Positions 28,433 to 45,828 of a DNA stretch of 64,000 nt are shown in pieces (within the stretch, counting starts at the first letter, position 1; each line of letters begins with the position of its first letter). The translations under genes were made by a program, and so were the position numbers. Source of the stretch: Geosiphon pyriformis uo1 (Eukaryota > Fungi > Glomeromycota); the NCBI GenBank assembly GCA_016748015.1, contig JAAOMT010000468.1:1-64000 (forward strand), given 5' to 3'. The notes under the pieces were generated by a model. That model was not told the origin of the DNA. It was given only the letters and a program-made list of their open reading frames with translations, and did no database searches.

Positions 28433-29041
28433 TTTTAATTTTCTTATCATCATCTAACATTATCCAACATAATCATAAATAATTACTTTGAAATTTTTTT
28501 TTGCCAATACATGTTATTTGAAAAAACCCAAAGTTTTATTAATATCGAAAAAGATTTTTTGATTAAAATAAATGCTGTTATCAAAAAATCGGTACAAATT
28601 CATCATATATATATATATAATATTTTTTTAATTAAAAATAAAATATTACACCTATTTCTTTTTTTTTTTTATGAATTGAAATTTGAAATTTTCTTCAAAT
28701 ATATTGAATATACATATGTTGACTGTAAATCAAAATAAATTAATCGAAAAAATGGATCATTTGAATGTTTCAATTAATACAAATTGATGTTATGATAGAT
28801 TTGTTAAATATTTTTTATACAAGAAAAATATATAACTTTTTATCAGCTGGTTTCTTTGTTTGAAATTAATTAATTTTTCTATCTAGACGATTCTCATATT
28901 TGGAATTTCCCAGTCCAGCAAAACTTTTATATCATATGGTTTTTTATTTTTACATGAATTCAGCAAGTCGATAAAAACTAGTTTGTCGAAACTCTGAGCT
29001 TTTTTAGGTTAAATTCTTTAATCTCTAAAATAATCTAATTC

Positions 29042-31258
29042 TCATTCATTCACCTCATATTCGTTCTCCCAAGGGAACGTATCTTCTAAGAATCCTTTTA
29101 CTTGATGTCTAATTCTTTTAATTTTTTCCTCGGAATAAGTTTCAATATCATCATTAAGACATAAAACACTTGGTTTTTCATCTTGAAGTGAATATAATAT
29201 CCGGTCTATATCCGATGAAAATTTTAGTGTTTTGAATTCAAAATTAGTATAACCTATTGTATAAGTGTATCTTAAAAGTTGGGATATAGCATGGTTTCGA
29301 AGTTGGTTTGATGATTTATCTATACTGGTTTCATTCTTTACAAGCCAATTGTATGAATCTGAATGATTTTTCGGTTTGATAATCGTATTTTCAGGTGGTA
29401 AGAACGCTTTAAGACCTCGTTTCCCAGATAAACCAACCAGTCGATGAATCAAGCAATCTCCACATTCCAATTTTTTAAATGCCACATTCTTAAAAACTCT
29501 ATCAATCTCAACCCGTTCAACATTTGGATCATTGAATTCCGATCCAAAACAGTCTGCAAATTCCAAGGTACATTCTCGTGCCTCTGGTGAATTATTATCT
29601 GGTTTAAAGAAAGCTTTTTCATAATCCATAAAAATCCCCTTTTCAACAGTAACATGATAGGGGTAACCGTCCATCGCGGACCAAGAATATCTAGTTTTCC
29701 CTGAATATTTGATACCTGATCTTTTGAATACTTTTTTAGAATCTCTAAGGGTTCTTCGGATGACACCGGTGACAGTTTGGTTTCCTATTAATGCTATAAT
29801 TTTTTCACGTTCTTCCCATTCCAAGTATCCGTTTTGATTCGTGTCCATACGGTAGTAGAAAAAGGATTTTAAAAGTGTTTCTCGATGTTTTTCCATAACA
29901 TAATGAGTGAATAAAAACATGGTGTGAACATCGGGTCCTTCATCTCTGAAACGATGTGATGCAGTTTTCGAAAATTCTTGAGGCCATTCTGAGGATATTT
30001 CTTCAAGGATAAGGGCCGATAAGACATGTGTTGAATGTGAAACATATGCTCGATGTCTAATTCCGAATCTTTGACCTGAAAAACAATCATCATCATCAGG
30101 TGGTGTCTTTTTTTTGGAAATTTTAGAAATCATCGAGTAAATTTTTACTTACTTAGTAAAGAATTCGTATATTCTAGAGCGTACCATTCAGTATTCCTTG
30201 ACGGAATATATCTCGATTCGAAATCTGGTTTGACCATTAGATGTGACTCGGTATGAAACACGTAGCCATACATTGGTGTCCAAAAATCGGCCGGTGAAAG
30301 TTTAGAGAGCAGAAATAAATCATCGTTAAAATAAATTACCTATCAAACGATATTTATTAGAATCTGTGGTAATTTCTTCTTGATTGATTAATTTTTGTTA
30401 ATTTAATTTAATTTAATTTAATTTAATTGATCTTACCATATCCGATAGTCCATCAATATTCTTCAATTGCGTTTCGATCGCTAATGAGTTAAAAGTTGGT
30501 AAAGAATTTGTATTGTTCTTGAAAATATTTGTATGATGCGTCATTTCAACCCTCTTTTCTCCAGTTTTTGGATAAATCCAACTTAAATTAAGCCACTGTG
30601 GAACTTGACCCTCTCTCCAATTTCCATTCTGACTAACTATTTTTAAATTCTCTTCTTGACCCACTGGTTCTTTTTCAAAATCCATACTAACAATCCAGAT
30701 CTTTTTGAAAAATTCTCCAAGATTTCTTTCAACACTTCTTATCGAATATCTTAGCTCATCAAAATCTCGATAACGTTTATTATTCTTGTATGCTCGTTCT
30801 GATTGTAGTGTCTTAATTTTATCCTTTGATGAAGATTTCCACCATGGAATAATACTTGGTCTTAAGGTTAGATTGAATGCTGGTGAACTCTTTTCATAAA
30901 ATCCACGTAGTTCTTGATGCCGTGTTTCACTACCATTCACCCATGTGTAAAGTATATCGAATATAATTTCATTAGGTGAATATTTAATCGGATACGTACC
31001 ATTTATTATCCAAGAGGATAAATATGTCACGTTTTCTAATGATTGATTCATTAAAGATTTTGAAGGATTTTGCAGTAACGAAGTTTTGGATACATAAAAT
31101 AAGTTTGGTTTTAAACTTGTATTTTGATATTTTTGAGATTTCTCAAAGTTATTTCGTGAATGATATTGAAAAGTTTCAAAAAGTCCTATACTTAAAAGTA
31201 TCCCAAGAAAGATGAATCTTTTTTGTGGTTTTTTCACTGAACTAATTAACCAAGTCAT
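29042..31258 (-). CDS. Stealth-family hexose/xylose-phosphotransferase (XPT1/GNPTAB-like); exons 31258-30437, 30339-30153, 30075-29042
   Basis: CR1 DILYTWVNGS, CR2 ELRYSIRSV...PTFNSLAIETQL...IYFNDD, CR3 RAYVSH...TASHRFR, CR4 LCLNDD. N-terminal TM anchor. EF-hand-like DTNQNGYLEWEE. Confidence 0.9.
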
Positions 31259-31586
31259 CTTTAAAACGTTTTATGTCGAATAATAATAATAATAATAATA
31301 ATAAAAATTTCGCAAATAGGAAGGGTAAACAAGTAAAATTTAATGAGGTTATAGATTTATACCTTTATTTTGATTTTTTGTGTTGATTATTTTAACTCAA
31401 TGCTTTTTGAAAAAAAAAAAAAAAATTTTTTTAGTTGTTTCAAAACCGTTATAATTTGCTTTGAGACACCATATATGTGTGTGTGGTTAAAAAGTATTGA
31501 AAACGTGGGAAATTTTAAAACGCAAACAATCGGGGTAAAAAATATATATATGAATCATCAATCTGCATCTCTTTTTATATAGATTT

Positions 31587-31650
31587 TTTTTATTTTATTT
31601 TATTTTATTTTATTTTATTTTATTTTATTTTATTTTATTTTATTTTATTT
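31587..31650. repeat. (TTTTA)n microsatellite
   Basis: Direct reading. Confidence 0.85.
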
Positions 31651-31829
31651 CTATCAGTCGATATATGATACACTTCTATCGTCGGGAATACATGAATGAT
31701 GATAAGCAAGTTGTAATTTAATTTTTTAATGAACAGCAGCGGAAATAAGGAAATCTTTTCATTGATAATTTCCTTTATGAATTGGAAAAATCCCGGATGA
31801 TTGACAACCAATTTTTTTACATTTACATG

Positions 31830-31903
31830 TTTCTATTTTCTATTTTCTATTTTCTATTTTCTATTTTCTATTTTCTATTTTCTATTTTCTATTTTCTATT
31901 TTC
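31830..31903. repeat. (TTTTCTA)n heptamer tandem repeat
   Basis: About 10 near-perfect copies. Confidence 0.9.
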
Positions 31904-33164
31904 TTTTGTTAACAGAAATGTTGGGAATTTTTTATCGGTTCCAAAAAATGTTTGAAATTGATTTGTTAGCTAATTTAATCTGTCAAAAAATTTTTAAAAA
32001 ATGCCAAGAATTTTTTTTTAAATAAAACTTTATAGATTGGGAACTGATTGTTATGCACATGTGTGTGTTACTTTTAAAGATGGTATATCACTGGAAGAAG
32101 GAGATTTGAGGCAAACAGATTTTTATTAAAAAGTGCAGGCTAATGTAAGGCTAATACCAATTGGTTCCCAAAGAATTTCAAAAAAAAAAATCTTGGCATT
32201 AATGTAAATCGGTTCTTTTATGTCTAATGGACAGGGACAGGGACAGGGACATGGACATGAATGAAACGTTAATCTCCAATATTATGAATAAGAAATTATT
32301 GTCATGACAAAAATATTATGATATTAATTAGGGAAAGATCTTTAAAAAATGGATTTCATAATTCTAGTTGAAAAGTAAGAAACATATTTAATACTTAAAC
32401 TTAAAATTATTGGACTAGTAACACTTTTCCTTCTTGTTAGAAAGGTTGGAAGTTGTTTGAAATTAAATCAAGACTTAAAAAATTTTGACGTCATTTATTA
32501 CGATGAGAATACAATATAAAAGCTTTCCCCTTTATAAAAATTTTAAATCATAATGCAAACGTCTATTGGACAATAATTTAGCCAAGAAAAAGCCAAGAGT
32601 TTTTTAGTTTTCATTAAATCAAAAAGGAGAAATAAAAAAAATTGAAAATAACTGAAAATGTTTAAATTTTTTAAACGCGGCAAAAATTTGTTTCATTCAT
32701 CTTGATCATCATGATCATCATCACCATGATCATCATCATGCTGTGAACCTTTCAATATTATTTTAAGGGTGCGTATGGTTAGCCAAAAGTTTATCAAAAA
32801 TTTTTCAATCAATCATTTAATCGTCTCAATATAATATAATCAATTATTATCGATATATAAAATCAATATTCATAGCTCATGGTAAGATTAATTGATCAAA
32901 GTTTTAACCGTGCAACTCGTTGGTTGGTGTGGTGGCACGTATCAAACATTAAAGGATATTATTTTAAAAAAGGATAAACATAAAATATGTTTTAGATAGG
33001 TAATCTTTAGTTCAAATTCCGAAAAAAATTACCAAAACTGTTCTTGTTTTTCTTGGCATTTAGTATCCAATCAAAAGACCTATTAACTGAGGACAAACTT
33101 TTTGTCATCAAATTTTGATTAGTTATCAGTTTTAACACAAAAGTGAAAATTTAAGCCAAATTTC

Positions 33165-33223
<59 letters not shown>

Positions 33224-35326
33224 TTATTTTTTGATTGTTACGTTCAAAATGAAGATAAGATTGGAATAGGATACCTTTTTTATTCATTGATAAAACCATT
33301 TATTGATTTTTGGTTTCATTTTAATATAAAAAGATAGGTTATAATCCAAAGAAAATATATTCAAAGAATTTCATAAACAAATCAAGTTAAAACTGTGCAG
33401 TTTTTACCAGAGAAATCAAAACTATTGTTTTTTGTGATAAATCGAAAAGGAAATAAGTGTTGCACGAATAAGAATGTGGAAATCATGTTTAAGATGTTTT
33501 ACCTCTATTTGTAATAGAAACATTTATTTATTTAAATCAACAGCTTTGATTTCAACAACAAATGTATTAAAAAGAAAAAAAATTATTAGGAAATCAAAAA
33601 TAAATGATATATATTTTAACTTAAATTTTTTCTATTAAATGAAAAAAAAAGTATTTTAATAAGTTTTGTAACTTCAAACTTTATTTCTAAAAATTTAAAA
33701 AAGTGTTAAAATTATCCTATTAATTTTATAACCCATTTTAGAAAATATTTTCAAAGATTCGTTAAGGAAATTCTGATGAAATTTATAAATGGGAATTTAA
33801 AAATAAAAATATATATTAATAAATTAATTAATTAATTAATTAACCTATTGTTCTAAATTTTAATCTTTATTTATTCATCTTTTAACTAGTTAAAATGTAC
33901 ATTTATTCAAGACTTAACTTTTCAATATATGGAATTACATAAAGACTTCAAAAACTTGATTATAGTATGAAAATATATTTATTCTCATTCACTTTCACAG
34001 TTAGATGAATATATAAATATAAAAAGAGATATTGTGATAACACTTGATAGAATATATGTAAACAAGTAAACAGCGACTAAAGGGAATATTTTTATCAGAA
34101 GTTTAAAAGGTAAAAGAGTTCTCAACCGATAGTGATATTTACAGTTTAGGAATGTCATTATGGAACAAGGGGCAAAATCTTCTTTTTTATGATAATCCTC
34201 ATGTCCCTATGGCTATTATGAATGGTGGTAAAAAAAACCTGAAATTACCCTTCCATCCACCTTTTTTTTACGCCAAAAACTCATTTGAAAAGTGTTGAGA
34301 TATCAATCCATTGAATCGTTTTATTACCAAAGAACTTTATAAAGGAAACTTGGCAACTTTACAATATCTATGATAATTCCAAATCTAAAAACTTTGAGAA
34401 TACAATTTTTTGGATTCGGATAAACTCTTTAAAAATTGATGGGATAACAAATGGTTTCATCCAAGTGGAGTTTATACGTTCCCCTTTTAACTTTTAATTT
34501 AAAAAAAAAAAAAAAAAAAAACCATCTTTATTGATTAATTCTTTATTTGCTTCAAATAATATTCAAAGAAATGAGAAAAGATTTAAAAAATCGTTATGTC
34601 AAGTCTAATATCGATTATTAACCATCTATTCGCTCATTTGAATTTTTGAATTTATTTTAAAAATGTTAACTAAAAGATTTTGTGATACCCCTCTGTTTAA
34701 ACTTAAACAATATCAACTTTTGAATAAATTTTCAATGAAACCTTTCTCGTTTCAAAATAATCTTTCATTATTAGTATTATTCTAATATAATTATAAAATA
34801 AAAGACAATCAAAGTGATTTTAGCTTTTAACAAACCTAAAAAAAAAAGGGTTTATAAATTTTTCTTCCATTATTTCTTACCTTTTAATGTTTTCTATGTT
34901 TATTTACAATTTTTTAAATCAAAATTTGAGAGAAATCCAAGAGTTTCAGAAATCGTAATAGGAAGGTACTCGATTTTTTTTTTTTGAAAACAGAGACAGT
35001 TATAGCATAATATATATCCCTTGAATTTATAAAAGCTTTAACTGAAGGCTTAAACAGTAAAGCTTTCAACTAATAGAGTCCCAATATTCTGAGCACAACA
35101 AGTAATTTATACCCTGATACCCAACCTTTGAGATTGTGTCTTTGAAACAATCTCATGTGCGGAATTCCAATATCAAATATTTTAACCTAAATTTAATCTT
35201 TAAAATGAGTGAGTTTAATCCTTTTTTTTCTGCTAAATAGAAATATTATCAAAACTCAAGTAACAAAGCCCAATATTTATATGATTCAACTTTTTTCCTA
35301 ATAAGCCTCAAGTTAAGAGACATCAA

Positions 35327-38300
35327 TCATTTCCAACAATCGATCCTCAAGGTAACTATTTCATGTGCTTCTTTCGGGGTCAAATGGAAAATATTCAATT
35401 CTTCCAACAATCTGGGTATAGTGGTTGGTTCTGATTCTTGGTCAGACAGCACAGATAGGACTTGTGAGATTGTCTTTTGTTGACTCGTTTTTGAAGTTGG
35501 AAACTTCTTCACATTAGAGGGAATCCTGTTTCCGATTTCAGATTCATTGGGAAGTTGAACGGAGGAAGGGAGCGTAAGTAATATACAGGCATCCCTCAAC
35601 CTTTAGTAATGAAAAAGAGTAATAATATAAATTTTTACAAAAGACAAATTCATATGAAAGATTCAAGGAAGAGCCTAAATTATACCTTCTAAAGTAATTC
35701 TCGGGTTTTTTAATCCACCTCCGCCCGATCATGAATAATCCTTTTACCATATCAACCTCAAACTGCTTACCACCCATCTCTGAAAATTGTATTTTCATCA
35801 AGACACGTTCCCAGAGGTATTCTTCGAGTTCTTTTGATAGTTCTTTGTAAATATGAATGAAAATACGTGAAGGAAGACTGTTGGCCAAGAAAGTTAATAT
35901 ATGTGTCAGCTGCGAGAGAGGCGTATACAGTTCCGATGAAATCTCAATAACGGTATTATTGGAGATTTCAGATTTTGAGACGGAGAAAGTTTTTATTGAA
36001 GGAAAGGATCCAGGTGCAACCGGGTCTTGATTTAATGTTTCTTGGGTATTTAGAGGGATCTTGGAGTCGGAGGTATATATATCAGCTCGCGACCAGTTGT
36101 TTCTAATAAAAAGTTTTATCAGTGTCTTGGGAATTTTTAAACCTTTAAAATGATAAAAAATAATACTTTTTATTATATGCTTTCAGCCCACTAATGAATT
36201 CTTTTGAAACATTTTTTACAATGAGCACTTGAATCCTTTCACATAAATTATCAAATGTATCAGCCGTATCGTCAAAAATGGTGCCATAATCAATGATTTC
36301 ATGTAGATTTTCGTGTATTGGATGGGTTTCATGAGAATGATCAATAGAATTTTGTGAATCCGTGGGTGACAGTAATGGAGGTGAATTTGTATTCATTGCA
36401 GCTCGAACGTTTACCTCATGCCAAAGTGCGAGAAAAAACTAAAATTCAATAATTTTATTGAATAAATATAAGTAATCAAACATATGTCAAAATTTCAAGA
36501 TCTTTAGGATCAAAGGATAACAAATAACCCATATTGAATTTTCTTTGAAATATCACTTACAGGATCTTCTCCCCATTCTCTAATCATACGGCTTACATAC
36601 CCAGCACTACTCAACCATCGACATAATCTTTTTAACCCCTCGATACCAGTAACGGACTTTCCATCTGCAGTGGCCGCATTTGGAACTGCTCTGACTATTG
36701 TGTAGCTTAAATTCTCGAACGCTTTTACGGCGGATTCAATTCTCTTTGCATAAGCATCCAAAATCTCAGCTTGAATATCTACAAGAAACCTTATGCGATT
36801 GTGAAACATCGACAAAGGTTTATACCTACCTAGGAGAATAAAATCAACCTAAGCCCACTAAAAAACGATCTCAAGTTTGATAAAAGAAATCGTATAGAGC
36901 ATTTACTTGTAACGAGTTCTAAAAGGTCCATGATTTTCTCGGCTGATCTAGTGGGTTTAAAATCATCTTCTGAAATTTCTTCATCCTCCATTTCCCATGC
37001 ATCCTCTGAATGCATTATCTCGTTATACCGCAACTCAGCAACTATCACAAAGATAAGATAATGATATGATTGAACAGAGTATTACATCAAATACTAAGTA
37101 TACTTACAGTCTTTCTCAATTTTGAGCCAAGCCTTGAATAATTCTTTGCGTCCCGTAAAAACCTCAACACATCCTTTCCACTCCTTTTTCCCAGGTGGAA
37201 CATAAAGATGAATATCTCGAAGAACTTGATCAAATTGCAAAGTTTCATATACTGTATGTGAGAATATTTGAGGAGAGTTGAGGAGTGCAGATAAACTATG
37301 ATTAAGTTTGCGGTTTATTGCAACGAGTAGGCAACGAATAAAGTCGTTCTATTGGGATTGAAATATATTACTACTATTATTTCAATCAAGATTTTATAAT
37401 AAATTTTCATTATATAGCTCACTTTGACATTATACATTGAAAATCCTGCATCGTCAACTATAGCTTGGACTTCTTCGGTGAAGAAAGGAGAATGGTCGCG
37501 AATGGTTGTAAGTAGATGAGTAAGGTACCATTCAGGCTGTTGGGGTGACGATATCAAACTGCTTTATCTCATATTAGGATAAAATTTCTTATTTTTTTTC
37601 AAAATGAATAATTAAGTTAAACTACTTTGTCAATCCTGTTAGTTGGCCTCTTTGAGTCGAAATGATATCGGAACCGTGTGATCAGAGGTTCTACCATTAC
37701 TTGAATTGGTAAAAGGGGCGCAAGTTCTTGATGACTTTCCGAAGAAAAACCTTCTTCGGCAGTTGGCTGCTGCAATAATAATAATTCTAAAAAAGCCTTC
37801 TTAAAAGTAGAGATCTTTTCTCCCATCACCCCTGATAAGGGAACCTTTAAGGCTATGGGCCATCCAATGGTATCCAAAATTGTTTGAAATTTCCTGTGAG
37901 AAAAAGATAAATCTCACGTGGTTGGCCAATTGGTAAAAAAATCAATCTAAAATGACAACATTGGATACGAACTTTGTCAATCTACTTTTCATATCCTCCC
38001 AAAGAGCATCTACATTTTTTTGTAAATAGATGTCTAAATGATGAAGTGATTCCCCATAAGCTTTACTTTGAGATTGAATTGTTCGGGAAAGATGGACAAG
38101 TTGAGTGTAAGGAGCAAGGGCCTTTCCAGGTGATTTTTCTATTAACAGCTTAGCCTGTGTACTAAATTTGGCCAACAGAACTGAGTAGTTGAATTATTTG
38201 TTCATTGGTTCAATCACGCGACAGTTGGAAAGCCCCCCAATCATGTTTGATCACCTTAATTCATCGGCGACAACTAGCACCTTCAAGTATTTTTTAGCAC

Positions 38301-38848
38301 CTTCCAAACTTTCGACGCGCTGCTGCAAATTTATTAATTCTTCCAGTAAGGTTTTATCATTGGAAACATTATTTTCCCAATCGGACGAATTAATAAGAGA
38401 AATCTTTAGTTCACTTAGAGCGTCTTCTAACTCAAGGCGGGTTGATTGAAGATCCTCGAGTTGTGATCCAGTCATTTTAAAAGAATCTAAACAATTCTGG
38501 ATCGTTTTTAAAACTTTATCTTTTGTATAGACAACCTATTGAAGGTTGATAGATAAGTCAATTATCTGAGTTTTTCTTAGTTTGAATTAAAACTCACAAG
38601 TCATTAAACATCATGATCTAACCTACTTTTTCGCTCAAATTATTTTTTTGAGTTTCCATTTGTTTAAGAACCATATCCAACTGTCCCAAATCTTCTAGTT
38701 CTCTAAACCGTGCGTTAATAAAATCTATTGCGTATTTTTCTGTGGTCGCATCTTCAGGTTTTCTAACTAATGCAGAAATTTCGTTGGCTGACATGGCGAA
38801 TGAATTAGAATGTTTTGCTAGGACAGACTGTTCTCGATTTAGTCTCAT
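35327..38848 (-). CDS. TIP20: RINT1/TIP20 family ER-Golgi tethering protein (multi-exon; start may be 38794)
   Basis: RFRYHFDSKRPTNRIDK|PEWY, IGWP, R+LVDIQ, QFSEMGGKQFEVDM and KPENYFRR..DACILL are RINT-1/TIP-1 family motifs. N-terminal coiled coil. Confidence 0.9.
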
Positions 38849-38936
38849 TGTATAGAATAATGATTGTCACATGGCATAATAGAATAAAACATATTTATAA
38901 CCATGAAATGTTTCTCGACCAGAACTAGCACAAAAA

Positions 38937-41337
<2,401 letters not shown>

Positions 41338-41696
41338 AGACCTACAATAGGCCATAAATGTTCGTTTTATTTTTTATCTTAGAGACCTATATTTTGTACA
41401 CTCTATTTTAGGGCCATAATTAAACAGAGATTTGTCTCCTGATTTTCAAAATTTATCCTGCCATTTCACACATTTCTTTTTTAGGCATATTCTTTGGGAT
41501 ATAGCAAATAAATGTCTCGATATATATATTAATTGTATATTAGGGCCCATGTTTATCTGATGAAACAGCAAATTACAAGAGCCTTTTCTATCAAGTTCGT
41601 TGTATTTGCCCTTCTATACAGGAGTGAATAATGTAAAAAATTCACGATAATAATTATGAAGCAGCTCAATCAGGAACTTCAATTAAATATCTAAAG

Positions 41697-43457
41697 TTAA
41701 TGTTTTTGTGAGAGTTTTTCCTATAAACAGACAATGCAAGAGCAAGAATAAATTATGAAAAAATTCGAGCACTTGAGAAATTCCAAGATGAACGTATTTA
41801 CAAAATGTGATATCCACATACCTTTATATAATCCCCCCCAAAAACCATGCAAATTGTTTGCCATATACCGAGCCCAATCCGAGGTGTTACTCCACGATAG
41901 AAGCCTTTGAGCCCATTGTTTTGATAAATATATTTAGCACAAGTTATAATTGACATATTTTCTGGTCGTCCCGGATTTTTGGCCTGTGATTGCATTTCGA
42001 CACGGATGACTTCGATAGGCTGTTTTTGTTAAAATGAGAAAGGATTCAATAATTCGGTATTTAAATATAATGTTTTGCATTAAATAGTTGTGAGCCTAAT
42101 AGTTTACCTGATTCCAACAAGACATTCCACCTCCAATAGCACTAGCCAGAATTTTTTGAGATGGGGTCAAGGGACGTGAGAGATCAGGTGATTCCCCATC
42201 ACGAATCCTTCTAATTAACGTCTCACTTAGCCTAGTTAACCCGAATCTACTGGCCCAATTGGTACACTGGCGTAGCGCAACCGCGTTCACCCCCTTATTT
42301 ATACCACGAATACCTTCTTTTCTCAAGATTTCAGCAGCAATTTGTATAGTTGATACGTTTTGCCCGGCTGGAGCTTTATGACGAGTGACCTCAACGGTTT
42401 TCATAAATGTGCAAAATCCCATGGTAGTGTAAGCCTGTGCTAGTCCACCACCCATACCGCCTAAAATACCCGACTAATTCGGTAAGGAATTCAAGAATGG
42501 CTAATGAAGTCATTTTCAATCGCACCAACGAAGATCAGGGTAAAGTAAAAAATCTAAGAATTGAGATTTTATATAACATTGAACGAACCAAGAAAGAATT
42601 TGCGCCAGCAATCCGTGCATGATATTCAATTTCGCTTGAAGTAAAAATAAGCACGGCTCCCTGTATTAAACAAACCAAGATCCATCAGGTTTTGCCAAAA
42701 TTAAAATCATTTAATGAAAAAATGAGGTAAATTCATTTGATGGTTACTTTAGTGCTAGCTTCTATCCAAGCCCAAGGAATTAATCCTTGATAATATCCAA
42801 GTAGCCCACCACGCTGGTAAGTTTTCTTCAACGCGGTTAAAATGCTATCATTTCGATTTGCCGCCAAATGAGTTTTTATTACTTCAAACGGTTGCCCAAG
42901 AGTGGTTACCTCGAACATATTAAGTCCTGATGTTTTTAAGTAATAAATATTCGAGATTCGATGACATCTAGAGAGTAGACAGAGCTAACGCTAGTATGAA
43001 TGTCCTAGCCTTTATGAAACACCAAACTAAACTTGAGGAAAGTCGCTTTTTTCGATGATTCGGTGGGCATGGTAAAGGAATGCCCAACAAGAGACATTGA
43101 GCAAAATTATCGTTCTTGATCCAACTGGATTATTAGTCATGATAATAATGAGTCAGCACACTAATTATCCGATATATTGTATTGTATCAGGCAAAAAATT
43201 TCCAAAAGTTGCGAAAAATATCGAGAATGATGCTTTTGACGAAAACAAATCATTACACTTAAGACTTGTTAAGCGAGGCAACAGAGACATGAACAAATTG
43301 CTAACCTGAGATATTAAGAGCTAAAAAAAATAGGATTCGCGCAAAAGAGGAAAAAAACTATCTTACCAGCACCCACACCAAGGTTTCGCCAACTTATTGG
43401 TTTCTTCTTTAACTCGCCCCCTTCTTCTTGTACACCTCCAACAGCCATTGGGGCCAT
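41697..43457 (-). CDS. YHM2: Mitochondrial citrate/oxoglutarate carrier
   Basis: [14 protein letters not shown]|[61 protein letters not shown]|[10 protein letters not shown] and [10 protein letters not shown] are characteristic of Yhm2. Confidence 0.93.
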
Positions 43458-44399
43458 GTTTGATAGAGAAATATTTTTGAACTCGAAAATAATCAAATCC
43501 CGAGAAAATATCACGATAGTGATGATATAGCTCTAAAATCAAGATCTCTATCTTTTTTTTTTGGATAAGATCTCGGGACCCTCTCTTTCAGGAATTACTT
43601 TTTTTGGACTGCCCCAGCAAAAAACAAAAATTTTGTTTATTTTCTTCCCGCAAATAACATGTGAAAATGAAGTACAATAGATTTGAATTAAAAATTATGA
43701 AATTTAAAATGAATTTCATTTCATTCCGAATTAAATCTATTAAAAAGATTTGCTATCAATAAAAGTATAAATCGCGAAATTGATACTTTCTTTCCCGAGG
43801 TAACTTTTCAAAATGCTGATATTACTATCATTTCTACTGAATTTATTTTATTATCTTAATTTTCGAATTGAGTATAATGTGATTAAAATTAAAAATTTTG
43901 TTTAAGCTAAAAATTAAAAATCTATATATAACTATTATTTTCTTTGTTATATTTAAAATATTATGATTATTTTATTATTATTTTTATATTTGTATTGTAA
44001 CAGTTTATTTTAATAATTAATATTTTAAAATATTTTAAATTGTTATAACAATATTTATGCAAACTTTTACTTGTTAATTTTGATTTATATATTTCCCATT
44101 TTTAAATGTGTTGGAGATATCACGAGGAAACGATCGATCAGGGAAATTTCGGGTTGTTCCAGAATATTCGCAGATCAGCTTACCATTCACTTGGAATTTC
44201 TGACTCGGACATCAATTAATATTATGAAATTTTGAATTTAACATTGTAACAATTGTAAAAATCACTCTGCTACTTGGTGTTATTGATTCATGTTGGCCTA
44301 ACAATTGATTTGTTAAACTATGTAAACATAAAGAAACAATATAAATAAGAACTTCGCCTTTTAAAAAATTACTTTCTAAACATACCTTCAAATAAAGTT

Positions 44400-44778
44400 T
44401 TTCAAAGAAAACCTCTGTTTTATCCACATGCCACTTTATATTTTTTGAAAAACTTTATAAGAACTTTTCAAGTGGCAATAAAGTAGTGGATAAAAAAAAT
44501 AATAAGGAATCCAATCTATATCCCACCTAAGAGTAATAATGAATATGGTAATGGTATATTGAATTATTATGAATGGATTCCATGGGAAGGGTTTGTCAAT
44601 TATCGACGAAATTGGTAGAGGGAGGGTTCGGTGTGATTTAAAAAGCAACCCTAGTTGGTGGATTAATTCTTAATGGGAGTATAAAACATCATGGTTTAAT
44701 TGAGTATGAAAAAGGAAAAACTACTTATAGTGGAGAAGAGATGATAGTAGCAATAAAAATTATAAAAAATAGTGAACA

Positions 44779-44831
<53 letters not shown>

Positions 44832-45828
44832 TTATTATTATTATTCTTATTGTTATTATTAATGTTATTATTATTTATGATTAAATTTAATTCGTATTTA
44901 TCTATTATCTATTTACTGTATATTATCTATTCGTTCACCCCGTTGATAGTTAAATATTGAACTATCTATGTTTGATAAGAAGGGTAGACACTTGGAAAAT
45001 ATCTCTCAAATGTATGAGATTACGCAAAACGCTGAAACACTCGAGTATGGAATTGTGATGGATTTTGCCAAACATGGAGACATGCGAAAATATTTGTCAA
45101 CAAATTTTCATTCTACGAATTGGAAATTTAAATTATCGATCGCGTGGAATATAACTTGTAGACTTGATAATATTCATTCTTCTGGTATGGTTCATTGTGA
45201 CTTACACTCGGGCAACATTTTACAACTTAATCAAGAACTGGTAAATATTGGAGACCTCGGATTGAGTCAACCAGTAAACCATGAAGCAACAACAACAGAG
45301 GAGAAAGAAGGAATATTTGGAGTGATTCCATACATTCCACCAGAAGTTTTAAGAGGAGAAAAGTTTACTTCGGCTGGTGATATTTATAGTTTTTCCATGT
45401 TATTATGGGAATTAGCAACAGGAATGCCTCCTTTTCATGATCTTCCTCATGATCTTAATCTCATCTTCGATATTATTTTCAAAGGTATTAGACCTGAAAT
45501 TACCTCCCCACTTATTCCACCTTGTATTTCCGAAATAATTGAAAGGTGTTGGGATGATAATCCATTGAATCGTCCTACTACCAAAGAAATTGGAAGGATG
45601 TTGTCGACTATGTATGCCCGGTTGATAAAAGAGAAGTTTGTAAATGAGAAGTCTAAAACTATGAGTCCTGAAACAATACAGTTTAAAGAATCAGATGAAT
45701 GCGTAAAAGAAATGGTAAAGAACGACTCGAGAATAAATTATTCAACTACAACGAGCATTCATTCAGGAGCAATTTATACGAGTCGTCTTTTAAGTTTGCA
45801 AATATTTGAAGAAACACAAGATGATTAA
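44400..45828 (+). pseudogene. TKL-type protein kinase of the AMF-expanded family; N-lobe exon disrupted, C-lobe ORF (44968-45828) open
   Basis: FSSGNKVVD, EWIPW, EIGRG/GFGVI*KA and VAIK are split by frameshifts and a TAA. Downstream are HCDLHSGNIL, DLG, GVIPYIPPE, DIYSF and CWD..P..RP. Confidence 0.75.

Noticed and set aside
6578-38848. Glycosylation/secretion gene cluster (MNS1, Stealth, TIP20)
   Set aside because: The genes are spread over 30 kb with unrelated genes and repeat deserts between them, so there is no evidence of functional clustering.
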